From: Octopus vulgaris
Taxonomy: Eukaryota
Direction: 5' to 3'
NCBI GenBank assembly: GCA_951406725.2
Contig: OX597814.1
Coordinates: 154,132,001 to 154,196,000, forward strand
Length of the DNA: 64,000 bases
Of the stretch, positions 1 to 12,161 are shown in pieces. Under the pieces are notes generated by a model that searched no databases, was not told the origin of the DNA, and was given only the letters and a program-made list of their open reading frames with translations. The position numbers and the translations under genes are program-made. How positions within the stretch are numbered: position 1 is the first letter of the stretch; each line of letters starts with the position of its first letter.

Positions 1-39
1 CAGAGTGCAACAGTTACTATTGTTATATTTTGGCATATA

Positions 40-433
40 CTCTTTTACTTGTTTCAGTCATTTGACTGTGGCCATGCTGGAGCACTGCCTTTAGTCAAGC
101 AAATCGATACCAGGACTTATTCTTTGTAAGCCTATCGGTCTCTTTTGCTGAACCGCTAAGTTACGGGGACGTAAACACACCAGCATCGGTTGTCAAGTGA
201 TGTTGGGGAGACAAACACAGATACACAAATATATACACACACACATACACACACATATATATACATATATACGACAGGCTGCTTTCAGTTTCAGTCTACC
301 AAATCCACTCACAAGGCTTTGGTTGGCCCGAGGTTATAGTAGAAGACACTTGCCCAAGGTGCCACACAGTGGGACTGAACCCAGAACCATGTGGTTCGTA
401 AGCAAGCTACTTACCACACAGCCAGTCCTATGC
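40..433 (-). mobile_element. tRNA-derived SINE, family A (full length)
   Basis: Reverse complement of the 49081-49500 element: box A/B head, internal (TA/TG)n, GTAAAAGA tail. Confidence 0.85.
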
Positions 434-650
434 CTGGTTATTTTTCTTTGCCAAATAAACATGTGCACTGTATATTCATTCTTCACTTGTTTATTACTGT
501 TCTTATCTGAAATTATTGTTGATGGTTTGTATCTTAGCACTGTGTTGGGACAAGTGAAGCTATTGATACTGCTACTACTTCACAAACATTCTTATACTGG
601 TAAGAACAAAATCCACAAGGATCTAAACCATCACTGAAAAACATCAACTA

Positions 651-770
651 TAGAGTTTGAATGATGCAGATACTGATGGAGATGGTAAAATATTATTCGA
701 AGAATTCTATCCATAGAGTTTGAATGATACAAATACTGATGGTAAAATATCATTCAAAGAATTCTATAGT
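651..770 (+). pseudogene. Tandemly duplicated EF-hand-coding relic
   Basis: Two copies 63 nt apart in one frame: SLNDADTDGDGKILFEEFY and SLNDTNTDGKISFKEFY. Each is preceded by an in-frame TAG (651 and 714). Confidence 0.45.
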
Positions 771-950
771 TGCTGGGGGTCATATAAAAAGGGTGCCAGG
801 CACAAGAATGGCGAAATAGATCTTTTGCTCTGAACTTATAAAGGTGCCAAAAATATGCTATTATGACTGCATCAAGAATATAATATTGTTATTCAATGTC
901 CAGTGTAACACTGAAGAAAAGATAACTGAAGATTATAAGAGGGTTATCAA

Positions 951-1173
951 CCCTTTTGATACCAACTTGCCTGAAACCATATTTGGCTCCATAATACAAA
1001 TTTACTGTTTTAAAGCGATCTAAATTAAAACCTTCCATCAAAATTTCATGTTAATTCCATGTTCTAAACACCAGTTTAATAATGGTAATGTTATTTTCCT
1101 AAATTATTCACCATTTTCAAAATTAATTGTAATAGAGGTAATGTATTTCATCAGAAATATGGTAACAAGAGGG
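951..1173. mobile_element. piggyBac-like MITE
   Basis: Termini CCCTTTTGATACCA ... TGGTAACAAGAGGG (12/14 inverted match), flanked by TCAA (947-950) and TTAA (1174-1177). Confidence 0.6.
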
Positions 1174-1216
1174 TTAAAGACCATAAGAACTGGAGATAAG
1201 CATACAATGAAGGAAC

Positions 1217-1550
1217 TGAGACCCCCTTCGGTCATGATTGACTGTGGGATTGCACCTAGAAAGTTACCCTCCCAGGCACCAGTCTGGGCAAAGTTGTTTA
1301 TGGAAGACCAGCAGTCGCCCATGCATACCGGCCTCCCCTCTCCACACCACCAGTGTTATCCAAGGGAAAGACAACGGCCAATACAGCTTGGCACCTGTGA
1401 TATTGCAACTCATTTCTGCAGCTGAGTGAACTGGAGCAACGTGAAATAAAGTGTTTTGCTCAAGAACACAACATGCAGCCCAGTCTGGGATTCAAACTCA
1501 CAACCTCATGATCGTAAGCTCGACGCTCTAACTCTGAGCCATGTGCCTTC
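1217..1550 (-). mobile_element. tRNA-derived CORE-like SINE, family D
   Basis: Minus-strand head TGGCTCAGAGTT...GAGTTTGAATCCC, then TGTGTTCTTGAGCAAAACACTTTATTTCAC. 13-bp TSD ACA(A/G)TGAAGGAAC at 1204-1216 and 1551-1563. Related copies at about 18170-18400 and 44420-44765 (+). Confidence 0.8.
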
Positions 1551-1589
1551 ACAGTGAAGGAACCATTACTGCAAATTGTATTTCATATT

Positions 1590-1805
1590 CTTTTCTACTC
1601 TAGGCACAAGGCCTGAAATTTTTGGGGAGGGGGGGCAGTCAGTTAGATCGACCCAGTATGTAACTGGTACTTAATTTATCAACTCTGAAAGGATAAAAGG
1701 CAAAGTCAGCCTCGGCGGAATTTGAACTCAGAATGTAGCGGCAGATGAAATACCACTAAGCATTTTGCCTGGCATGCTAACATTTCTGCTAGCTCACTGC
1801 CTTAC
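1590..1805 (-). mobile_element. tRNA-derived SINE, family B (Meta/MESC-like central domain)
   Basis: Contains TTTGCCTTTTATCCTTTCAGAGTTGATAAATTAAGTACCAG on the minus strand. 15-bp TSD ATTGTATTT(C/T)ATATT at 1575-1589 and 1806-1820. Confidence 0.8.
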
Positions 1806-2704
1806 ATTGTATTTTATATTAAGAAGCTGAAGAAAAGAAAGAAATCAACTACATTTCCTGGCACAAAGACCAGCTCTGAAACTTCACTGTTGATTTGGTA
1901 ACCTATAAGTCATTTCAGAGGGTAGAGAATAGATTCTTGTAACATGGGAATATCCATGCTGCTGGTGGTGGTGGGGGGGGGGGCTTAAAAATATCCTCAG
2001 CAATGAAGAAATACTGAAAGAGTGGGAGGGAGGGAAGGGCTGAAAAAGCAAAGAGATTTATAGGCTTTAATTGTGACTGTTTTACAGTTTTCATCTTACA
2101 GTAGACATTGTGTTCTTAGTTTATTTTCCCTTGTCTTTCTCATTGTTCTCAATTCTCATGAGAGTTTGCTGTGTTTCTTACAGAAGTCTGAATAAAAACT
2201 AATTCTTGTGCTTATTCTTAAGCCAGTATTTAATAATTTTATGGCACTTTTATATTAACCTTGCTTTTTTTTTTTTTACAACTATCAATTTATAGGAATA
2301 GCATTTCTTTTCATATGCCGTGCTTTTTTTAGATTGTCCTTCAATGGGCAAGCATTGTCATGACCCTCCATCTTGTTTGTCAAGGCCAGTGATGTATGAT
2401 GGTTGTTGTATTGGGTGAGCTGCTACACCCAATGCCACCAAATTTCAAGCAGGGGTACAACAAAAGTTTTCCATTAAGATTTGTGATTAAATTAATGAGT
2501 AAGGTTAATATTTATAATGAATTTACCATTTTCGTTGGGTGTGCAGCACACACTGAGCATACCCGGAATATATGCCCCTGGTCAAGACTGAATTATCCTA
2601 TATATCCTTCCAATTCTAGCTTGTCAAGCCACCACATAGGTCTTACTATTATTTGCTGAATAGGGGGTGTTTAGGATGGATCAGAAAGTTGGTGAAAGTG
2701 GGGT

Positions 2705-2925
2705 GAGGTGGAGAGCTGGCAGAATCATTAGCATGCTAGGCAGGCAGAATGCTTAACAGCATTTGAATCATCTTTACATTCTGATCTCAAATCTCTCATG
2801 GCTGACTTGCCCTTTCATTCTTTTGGGGTTGATAAAATAAGTGCTAGTTGAGCACTGGAGTCGATGTAATCAACTTACCCCAGTCCCTGAAACTGCTGGC
2901 CTTGTGCCCAAATTTGAAACCATTT
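2705..2925 (+). mobile_element. SINE family B, diverged copy
   Basis: GAGCTGGCAGAATCATTAGC head, CCTTTCATTCTTTTGGGGTTGATAAAATAAGT core, GGCCTTGTGCC tail. Confidence 0.7.
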
Positions 2926-2944
2926 GATGCAAAGACTAAAATAC

Positions 2945-3100
2945 TTGGATGTTGTGGAACTGGGAATGTAAAGCGGGAGAGGGCAACCCATAAAATAAGG
3001 TATTTTGCAATGAAGGTCTGTAGGTAATGCTCAAGAAGAGAAGAATGTCTAAGTGTTGTGTGAAATTCTTGACAAGGTGAAAGTTTTAGAAAGAAAGAAC
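2945..3100 (-). mobile_element. CR1/L2-type LINE 3' ORF2 remnant
   Basis: Minus translation HYLQTFIAKYLILWVALSRFTFP resembles the HY..SF.PRT..LWN.LP...FP terminal motif; heavily decayed. Confidence 0.4.
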
Positions 3101-3253
3101 TGATAGCATTAGTTTCTAAAATCAGAATAAATATCACAAAAACATTGCATCAGAAGATCATTGCTTCTCAGTCTGGTCTGTTTTACTTACCATTTTTGCC
3201 AGTGTATAACATGCACTCTTGCGTACAAGACATCTCTATTTAACAAGCATATA

Positions 3254-3487
3254 TTGTGGGAAGGCTGTGTGCTAAGAAGCTTGCATTTCAACCACATGGT
3301 TCTGGGTTCAGTCCCACTGCATGGCCCTTGGGCAAGTGTCTCCTACTATAGCCTCGGGTTGACTAAAGCCTTGTGGGTGGATTTGGTAGACGGGCTGAAA
3401 CCAGTCCATCATATATATGTGTGCGTGTGTATCTCTGTGCTTGTGTTAGTCCCACACCACCATTTGACAGTTGGTGTTGGCATCGAA
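3254..3487 (+). mobile_element. SINE family A, 5' part
   Basis: GGTTCAGTCCCACTGCATGGCCCTTGGGCAAGTGTC...GTGGATTTGGTAGACGG shared with 49081-49500. Confidence 0.8.
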
Positions 3488-4224
3488 TAATATTTTAAAG
3501 TGGTTTTGTTGGGAAAATGTATGATTCTATACCTGTAAACACAATGTTGTGACAGAAACCATAAACTTGTCATGAATAAACTACATTATGGGAATAATGG
3601 ATTTCATTTTTTATCTTCTTTCAGATCAACTGTTATAGTTTAAATTTTGGTTAACAGAATTGCCATACTAGATGTAAAACTAGTATTTCTGGTTGTGATG
3701 TTTTATGGAACTTCAGTCGCCCACCAGGGTCGAGTACCTATATAGTTTTGTTGTCAGCTATTCCTTGCCAAATAGCTGACAGGTGGATGAAAATTTGTTA
3801 ACATTCCTATCATCTTTCATGGAGATTTGTAGTTAGACACTAAACAAATGTTTTATTAACTTACACAGTCATTGTCAGACATATATTAGGTATGGGTCAT
3901 ATATACTGGTGAAGGCAGTATAATGAGATGATGTGACCTCCTCACATATCTGCCAACTTAGTGTATAGTGTAATTTTTTTGTAGGTTTTACGCTTAAATA
4001 CTATGATATTCTAGCTTGTGTTCAACATATTATTATTAGTAACTATTAGTGTATGTAGCAGACTTATGTTCATCTGGCTCCCCAGTCAATGGCATTTGGT
4101 CTCTAATCCGTAATATGGCCATGGTAGACATAGGGCAATTCTTTTCATGCATTTAAAAATAGGAAAAGTGTGTCACATATACTGGAAAATATGGCAAGTA
4201 AACTTTTAATTCCCAAATAGATCT

Positions 4225-4470
4225 CATGCTCTGGTGGGTATCATCAGTGATGTTTCTGAGGCCTTGGTTGGGTTCAGGTCTTTCCACACAGACCTCCTCA
4301 CCTACTTGATCTAGCTGGGGTTGATCAAATTGGAACCTGCATCCCAGTAGCAGCAAACTGCTGATATACCTTCTTTATCCAATGCGACTTAATGGCTTTC
4401 TCTTCGGCTTCGGTGATAGAATGTATGGCTCTCCTCTTTGCTGCACCAGTAACTCCAAACATGGGCTTCA
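4225..4470 (-). mobile_element. REL-endonuclease non-LTR retrotransposon (HERO-like) 3' fragment
   Basis: Minus translation FGVTGAAKRRAIHSITEAEEKAIKSHWIKK resembles the REL C-terminus, followed by a 3' UTR GATCAACCCCAGCT...CATCACTGATGAT similar to HERO-type ends as I recall them. Confidence 0.5.
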
Positions 4471-5774
4471 AGTATTTGGATCTAGTGAGGCTATTGATAC
4501 TGTAGCTGTATTGGCTTGTATGTTTTTCTTTATGCTTGTATGGACTATATGAGAAAAGAATAGTATTCTTAGGATAATATTGTTATAGTTATTGTTTAAC
4601 TCCAAGTCATGCCTGATCAAGCAGACCAATGATCAAAGACTTTCCAGTCATGACAGTTCCATCATTTAAGGGTATATCTATGACTACATTGACCAATGCA
4701 TCCATTCTTTTATTTAAGGTGGTAGATGGTAGTGATATTTGAGTGTGATTTTGCTGCTAATTCTAGCAAGACAAATGACTAGAAATTCCTCATTGGATTG
4801 TAGTGTTTTTTTTAGTATTAAACAGACAAGACACATCTCCCCTTGGAGAAAACAACTTCTCGAAAGTTTCTGTAACTATTTCTGACAGGCAGAGACATGA
4901 GAAGCAGATTTAAACTTGCAAATCAGCAGTTTTCAGTCCAGTATCATATGTGACTGGCTGTTGTTGACTGATTGATTTGTTAATCTAGTATACATGAATA
5001 ATTAGGTTAATATGGTTACTAATCACACTATAGACATTGCCAATAATAACAATGAAAATACCAACTCTAACGATGATGATAATAATGATAATAATAGTTC
5101 TAACTTACTTGTAGTATTGACTCACTTCTATTTTGTATTGTGGTTTTTTTAAAAATTTATTGCGTAGTTTCTGTTTCTAGTCATTACTCAGAAACAAATG
5201 CATATGCATATAAATACATGCATACTATTAGAGGTATAGACTTGCACATATAGATATATATATATATATATATATACATTACATGCACATATAGGTGCAC
5301 TTGCACAGGCATGCTCCCATGAATACATACATAAGCACATGCATACACATGCACAGATACATGCACGGGCATGTACATACTGGCATACACATTTTTGTCC
5401 ATCAAATCCAAACCTGACAGTCTTCTTCATTGTGACTACATTTTGGTTATTGATGTACAGACAGGATACATAAATCTTTAAGAGAAGGTGCAGCTGTAAC
5501 TGTGTATGTGTGTTAAGGTTAGGTATAGGCATGGCTGTGTGGTTAAGAACTTTGCTTACCAACCACATTGCTTCAGGCTCAATCCCACAGTGTGGCAGTT
5601 TGTGCGAGTGTTTTGTATATCCTCAGGCTGGAACAATGACAGGCAATGTTGATCTTAGCAGGATTTGATCTCAGAGCATAAAGGATGGTAACTAAGCACT
5701 GAAAGGGATTTTGTTAGATGCTCTGTTGAATCTGTCTCTGCCTGCCATTTATCTCACAGCAACAACAATAACAA

Positions 5775-5968
5775 TCCTTTCTGCTATAGGCACGATGCCT
5801 GATATTCTGGATAAAGAAGCTAATCAGTTACATTGACCCCACTGCTCAACTGGTACTTATTTTATTGACCCTGACAGGAAGAAAGACAAAGTCAAGCCTA
5901 GCATAATTTGAACTCAGAATATAAAGACAGACAGAGTGCCATTAAGCATTTTGCTTGGCATGCTACCA
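5775..5968 (-). mobile_element. SINE family B, diverged copy
   Basis: CTGGTACTTATTTTATTGACCC...TTTGAACTCAGAAT...AAGCATTTTGCTTGGCATGCTA. Confidence 0.7.
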
Positions 5969-5992
5969 TAATAATAATAATAATATGACATT

Positions 5993-6200
5993 TATTCCTT
6001 TGGATATTGGTGCATTTAGCACAACACCCAAACCACTACCTGTAAGGCTGAAAGCTATTAGAATTGAGACTCATATTGTTGATCTGCGTTAAAGTGTAAT
6101 CCTGTATTCTGTAAGAATCTTAAAGATTTTTGAAATTTGAGGAGACATGTTTTTACCAAACCTCATGACAGCATCTTCCTAACTAAAATAGCTTGTAATT
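5993..6200 (+). mobile_element. R4/Dong-like non-LTR retrotransposon 3' fragment
   Basis: Translates IPLDIGAFSTTPKPLPVRLKAIRIETHIVDLR*SVILYSVRILK, like the R4/Dong IPVVIGALG...LQK..LL...RILR motif. It directly follows a (TAA)n tract, the known Dong target. Confidence 0.55.
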
Positions 6201-6869
6201 TCTTATGACTAACTCTGCCATGCCAAACTATAAAAATGATAGTAAAAATAGTAAAAATTCATAGGATGGGGAAAATGATGTTGTGATGTTCATGTTTCTC
6301 AACGAAGTAATTAAAGATTTTCAGCTAGATATTCATAAAATTTAAGCCGGGGTGATTTGTTAACTTGAAAGAGAATTACTTCTGTAATACTGATTATGAT
6401 GATTATGGAGAAATAAGCAGTTTCAAGGCCAAGTTAAAGAACAGTAGACAATATACTGTCTGACATTGACAACTCCGAGAAAAAGTAGCTGAGATATATA
6501 TATTTTTCTTTATTCTTTTAATGGATTTAGTCATTGGGTTGTAGCCATACAGGTTTAAGCCAGTCATATTGACTCCAATACCACTTTTAGCTTGGTACCT
6601 ATTTTACTGGTCTTTATTCCATTTATCAAATTAAGTTAAACTTTGGCTTCCATTGACAATGCTACTTAATTCAGGTAAACATAGACATAGACATATGGAT
6701 ATAAATGCATGTTCCCCCTCCCCTATTCCTCGTGTGTGTGTGTATGTATATATATATGTATATATGTATATGTATATATGTATATGTATATATATGTATA
6801 TGTATATATATATATATGTATATGTATATAAATATATGTATATGTATATAAATATATATATATATATTT

Positions 6870-7042
6870 ATCTCCACTACACACATTTTTTTCTCTCCTT
6901 GTTTTTTCTGTGTCCCTTTCTGTAGAAGAGCGTAGGCTCGAAGCGTAAAAGACTTTTTCTATTCCTGTGCGTTATACTAATACATCTGTTTGTTTTGTAC
7001 ACCACCTGTCTTTGTCTTTTGTTTTTTTCGTAAACTCTCCCT
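6870..7042 (+). repeat. Penelope-like terminal repeat fragment inserted in (TA)n; second copy at about 43325-43530
   Basis: Two clearly homologous copies carrying CTGTNGAAGAGCRTAGRCTC..AACGTAAAAGACTT (hammerhead-like), both adjoining TA microsatellite. The Penelope assignment is inference. Confidence 0.5.
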
Positions 7043-7834
7043 ATATATATATATATATATATATCTCGGAATGGTCATTCTTTTTTTTTTTTTTTTTTGC
7101 TTTTGTCAACATGAACCGTATATTCATTCTTCACTTTGGATTTATCCTTGTTCATATTTTAGTGTCCTTTGTTTGGAAATCTTTTGTCACTCATCCTGTG
7201 ACCTCTTCAATGACTCCCTAGCCCATGTTTCTCCTCCTGTTCTATTTAGTCCCTTTCTGACTTTCTATGGTGTGTGCATGCATATGTCTGTGTTTTGTGT
7301 GTGTTTGTGTATATGGATTTGCTTACTACTGTTTGTACCCATGTCATTTTTTTTCTTTCTTTATACATGTACAACAAAAAGGCTGAGGACTATAGTCATC
7401 AATACTGAAAGTGGAATAGATCAAGATAACACATACCACACCTTTTACCTAAGAAAGACAATGTATGTGATAGTTATGATAGTCATAAATGGAAATCTTA
7501 ATTAGAATATGGATATAATTAATCATATTTAGTTGACATTTCTTACTGGTAATGTCTTTTTGATATTTAGATGGAACAAAAAACTATTTTTATTGTTCAA
7601 AACATAACTAGAGTTAAAGATTGAAGATTAAGCTGTATGCCCTTCATCTCATCAACAGCTTTACAAATGTGGACTGCAACAGGTAGTGAGACATTATGAG
7701 ACTCTTCTGGTATATGCCAACCTGGAAAAATGGGTGTAAAAGAAATGATGGTGATTAGAGTTTAACTAAATATTTTTTGAGGATTACTTATGTACTTGGT
7801 TAAAAGTAACTTAGTTTGATATCTTTTGCCTTTT

Positions 7835-8399
7835 ATTTTTACTCGTTTCAGTAATTTGACTGTGGCTATGCTGGGGCACAAGCTTGAATAAATTGTAATC
7901 AAATGATTTGACCCCTGTACTTATTTTTTTTAAAGCATATTACTTATTCGATCAGTCTTTTTTTGCTGAATCTCTAAGTTATGGGTATGTAATCACATCA
8001 GCACCAATTGTTAAGCAGTGATGGGAGACAAACACCGACATAAAGACACACACGCACACATAAAAATGGAACAAAAACGCAATAGAGAACATCAAAACAT
8101 TCAGACAGATAGACGATACAAAGGTGGACAAGAGAAAAAATTAGGACAGGCAAAAAAAGACGAGTCATTCATGGGTTTCTTTCCTCAGTCAAGTTCCAGA
8201 AGTCACAACCATTTCGGGCTATATACATACATACATACATCATCATCATCATCATCATCGTCGTTTAACGTCCGTTCTCCATGCTAGCATGGGTTGGACG
8301 GTTCGACCGGGGTTCTGGGAAGCCAGAAGGCTGCACCAGGCTCCAGTCTAATCTGGCAATGTTTCTACAGCTGGATGCCCTTCCTAACGCCAACCACTC

Positions 8400-8446
<47 letters not shown>

Positions 8447-8590
8447 GACTTGCATATTTCAGTTTCCATCTGCTAAATCTACCCACAAGGCCTTGGTTGG
8501 CCTGGGGCTATAGTAGAAGACACTTGCCCAAGATGCCAAGTAGTGGGACTGAAACCAAAACCATGTGGTTGGGAAGCAAGCTTTTTACCA
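7835..8590 (-). mobile_element. SINE family A interrupted by an unrelated insert and a family C repeat (about 8060-8400)
   Basis: Family A tail at 7835-8050 and head at 8445-8590; a (CAT)n-tailed family C piece at 8240-8400 sits in the internal microsatellite. Confidence 0.75.
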
Positions 8591-9639
8591 TAGAGAAATT
8601 TCTGTTTTTAAATGTCAAAATAATTTAAGTTTCTAGTTTCTTTTTCTTCCTCGATATGTTAAAAAATATACTTTTGATGACTTTTATTCAGCTTTAAGGA
8701 GATTACATAATTAATTGTTAAATTTTTGTTAATTAACAAAGGATATAACAAATAAATATATCAATAAGTGGTTTATTCAAGGCTGTAACTTGTAGTGTCA
8801 TTTCCTGAAGGCTAAGCTTGTTTTAAGTTGCTATTATCATGATGAATGATTGCTTGAACTTTTAATCTTTGAAAAAATCTTTTTTGCAGTTTTTCTGTTA
8901 AAAGCCTGTTCAGCTTGAATATCAAAATGTTTTCTTGATAATTAGAGTAAACCTTTGCAGTCTCACATGAAAAAGGCATTACTTCTTTTAATATCTTCTA
9001 TTATGTATATATGTATATATATATACATTATTAGTTGCTCAAAGTCGGAAAGAAGCAGCGTACACTAAAAGAAAAACTGAGTGGTTATACTGTCATATTG
9101 TTGAGTAATATGTTTCTGGGTAAGCCCAGTTATATGGCATGACCAAGAATATACTACTCAACAATGTGTGTGTGTAGTTCTATATTTAAGAGTTGAGGAA
9201 TTATTTACATTAGACCGATATTTGTCCACATCTTGTTTGTTGTTAACACCAGCTGAAATACATACACTACAAGAAAAACTGGTTGTATTGTTTGTTGTTT
9301 TGCATATCAGAGGATGAAATTCATGAGAAGACACTGTGAGACAGGTCTAGTCTATATTATTCCATGGAAAAATTAACATTAAAAAAATATGAGGAAATGA
9401 TGCTAATTTTCACATGCACTTGTTTACAATATTGTACATTTACTTAGTGGTTTTCTCAACTTTACTTTGGCAAACAGAGTTAAATCTCTGATTTGATGAG
9501 GTGTTTTATTAAGATTTCTTCAGTTGAAGTGTAATTTTTCTTTGGAGTTGACTCCATATTTGCTGGAATGATAAAAATATTTTCTATTAACTAATATTTA
9601 GTATATGTACATACAGATGTACACACATACATACATATA

Positions 9640-9863
9640 TATTTCTTTACTACCCACAAGGGGCTAAACATAGAGGGGACAAACAAGGACAGACAAAGGG
9701 ATTGAGTTGATTACATCGACCCAGTGCGTAACTGGTACTTTATTTATCGACCCCGAGAGGATGAAAGGCAAAGTCGACCTCGGCAGAATTTTTGAACTCA
9801 GAACGTAACAACAGACGAAATACGGCTACGCATTTCGCCCGGCGCGCTAACGTTTCTGCCAGC
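9640..9863 (-). mobile_element. SINE family B, young CpG-intact copy
   Basis: TCGACCCCGAGAGGATGAAAGGCAAAGTCGACCTCGGCAG...CGCCCGGCGCGCTAACGTTTCTGCCAGCT; same tail variant as 31691-31920. Confidence 0.85.
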
Positions 9864-11444
9864 TACACACATATATACATACATACACATGCAAACACAC
9901 ACATACATACATGCATGTATGGGCACACACACTGACTCACTCACATGCGCACAAACAAACAAAAGGGGATGCAGTGTAAATAACGGACAGAGTTTTGACT
10001 ATTGAAAAGGTTGCAAGACGCAACGAAAATTTTAGGAAAATAAAAATAAAAAATAAGTGGAAATTTTACCGGTGAGTGTAAGGCACATTATAAGGCACAA
10101 AAAGAGAATTACTCGCCCCAGACACAACAGAATATGCTTCAACACACGAACTCATATAAAGAATCTTGCAAACCAAATCCAAAAACGAAATAATATTTTA
10201 CTGTACGGCATAATTATTTTTAATTATCTTTTCAATACTCACTACCCTAACCTATGTTAACCTGCATCATCAGCAAGGTAAAGAAATCATTCATCTACTT
10301 TTTGCTGAAAGACAAGAGCATGAGTTGAAGAATGCACCTTGAATATACCACACAAAGGAAAGTAGAAATTTTCCCACAAGTTACCTTGCAGGATATATCT
10401 AGATGTTTTAGTCACTATTCACCTCATTCCCTGCTGCTGAACTAAATATAGTTATCATTTAGCTACATATTTGTTGATATCACAAGTGGCTGGTACATAA
10501 TTGATCAGGAATGTACCAAGGAATGATGTGGTTACTTTATATATATGAAAAAGAAATTGTTTTAGTAAAGTAGTGAAAAATACCTTCTGAGTGTTCTCAT
10601 TACAATGATAATTGTTGTTGTCATTTGTCATCCTCTTTCTCCTTTTATGTCTATTTTTCCACAGTAATGCAGGTTGGAGGTGTCTCAAAAAGTCTTGTTC
10701 TCATTTTTCAGCAACTACAGTAAAGTAACATATAGTAATGGAGAAAGCTAGCCACCTTTGTTGTGTATGTCATTTTTGGCATGGTTTTATGGCTAGATAC
10801 CCCTTTTTAGCACCAACCACTCAACAGTATAAACTGGGTACATGTTATCATACCACTTCCATAAGAGATATCTTTGAAAATACGAAAGAGTCTTTACAGT
10901 CCTAAACTATCCCAAATCTCCCCCCTTTTCTCTCTCTCTCTCTCTTTTTTTTTTTTCGGCATGATTATTACAGTTAGCTGACCTTCCTATCATCAAGCAC
11001 TCTATAGCACATACTGACTGTATTTTATTGTGCTATCCAACCTAAAGAGGTTGTTTCTGATGACTAAGTACTCCTTTCTACCCTATATTTGCATTTCTTC
11101 CATCATATATAAAAAGACAAAAAATTTCAAATATGCCACTTCAAATAATTTAAAATCCATTGTAACAGATTCTGGAATATATAATATCTATTTGTGTTAT
11201 GTGATGGTATGTTATGTTTTATGTTATGGTATGTGTTTGTGTGTTTATATATCATTGCTATCATACAAAAGTATTATGAGTCCAAAATGTTGCTTTTTTG
11301 GAAAACAAAAAAATAGTTCCACCATTCCATTTCTTTTTACATTAGCAACAGTTTCAGCTTAACACAAATACTTTGTTGGGTGCATGAAATCGTAAACTCT
11401 ATGCATATATGATATTTTTAGTCAGAAATATTTTTGCAAAACTA

Positions 11445-11697
11445 AGCACCATTCGAGTGTGATGGTTACCAGCGTCACCTTACTAGCACTTGTGCCGGTG
11501 TACAGCTGACCCGTAAAAAAATAAAAACACTGTTTGGGCGTGGCCATTGCCAGTACTGCCTGACTGGCCCTCGTGCCGATGGCACGTAAAAGCACCCACT
11601 ATATTCTCGGAGTGTGCCAGATCATGATTGGAGCCTGGTGCAGTCAAATCGTCTAATCCATGCTAGCATGGAAAGCAGACGTTAAACGATGATGATG
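11445..11697 (+). mobile_element. Retroposon family C with (GAT)n tail
   Basis: CAGTACTGCCTGACTGGCCCTCGTG...CATGCTAGCATGGAAAGCAGACGTTAAACGATGATGATG; homologous to 41631-42085. Confidence 0.75.
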
Positions 11698-11872
11698 TTG
11701 TATGTGGGACTTATTACACTTTTGCAAAATACTAAACCACTGTCCAATCTTCATCTGAAGCTGCTGAAGATATGATAGTTTGACCAAATGTACCAGCTAT
11801 TGCGAGCAAAATTAAATACCCTAAAAATGCATTTACTAAATTTGAACATACAACAGTTTAACATAAAAGCAA

Positions 11873-11924
<52 letters not shown>

Positions 11925-12161
11925 TTAGAAAAAGCACCTTTTATCAATTCAAAATGAACAATTAAATTACACCATCTAGAAAAATTACATTTAATAGAAA
12001 TATTAAAAATAAAATAACAATAATATACCGATGATTAAGTAAATTGCAAAATAAAAATAAAAATAATAAACATATATATATATATGTATGTAATAATATG
12101 ATTCGTATGAGATTTAATTTGATGATGATGTTATTCAACTTTTTCTTTGTATTTCTTTCAG

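Noticed and set aside
197-637. 146-aa ORF and similar recurring ORFs (LWLARGYSRRHLPK, NHMVLGSVPLCGTLGKCLLL)
   Set aside because: They are reading frames through SINE family A, not a gene family.
7798-7812. GTTAAAAGTAAC (VKSN) as a possible par-6 exon 1 end (expected ...VKSK)
   Set aside because: No GT donor follows and no plausible upstream reading frame was found; exon 1 probably lies outside the window.
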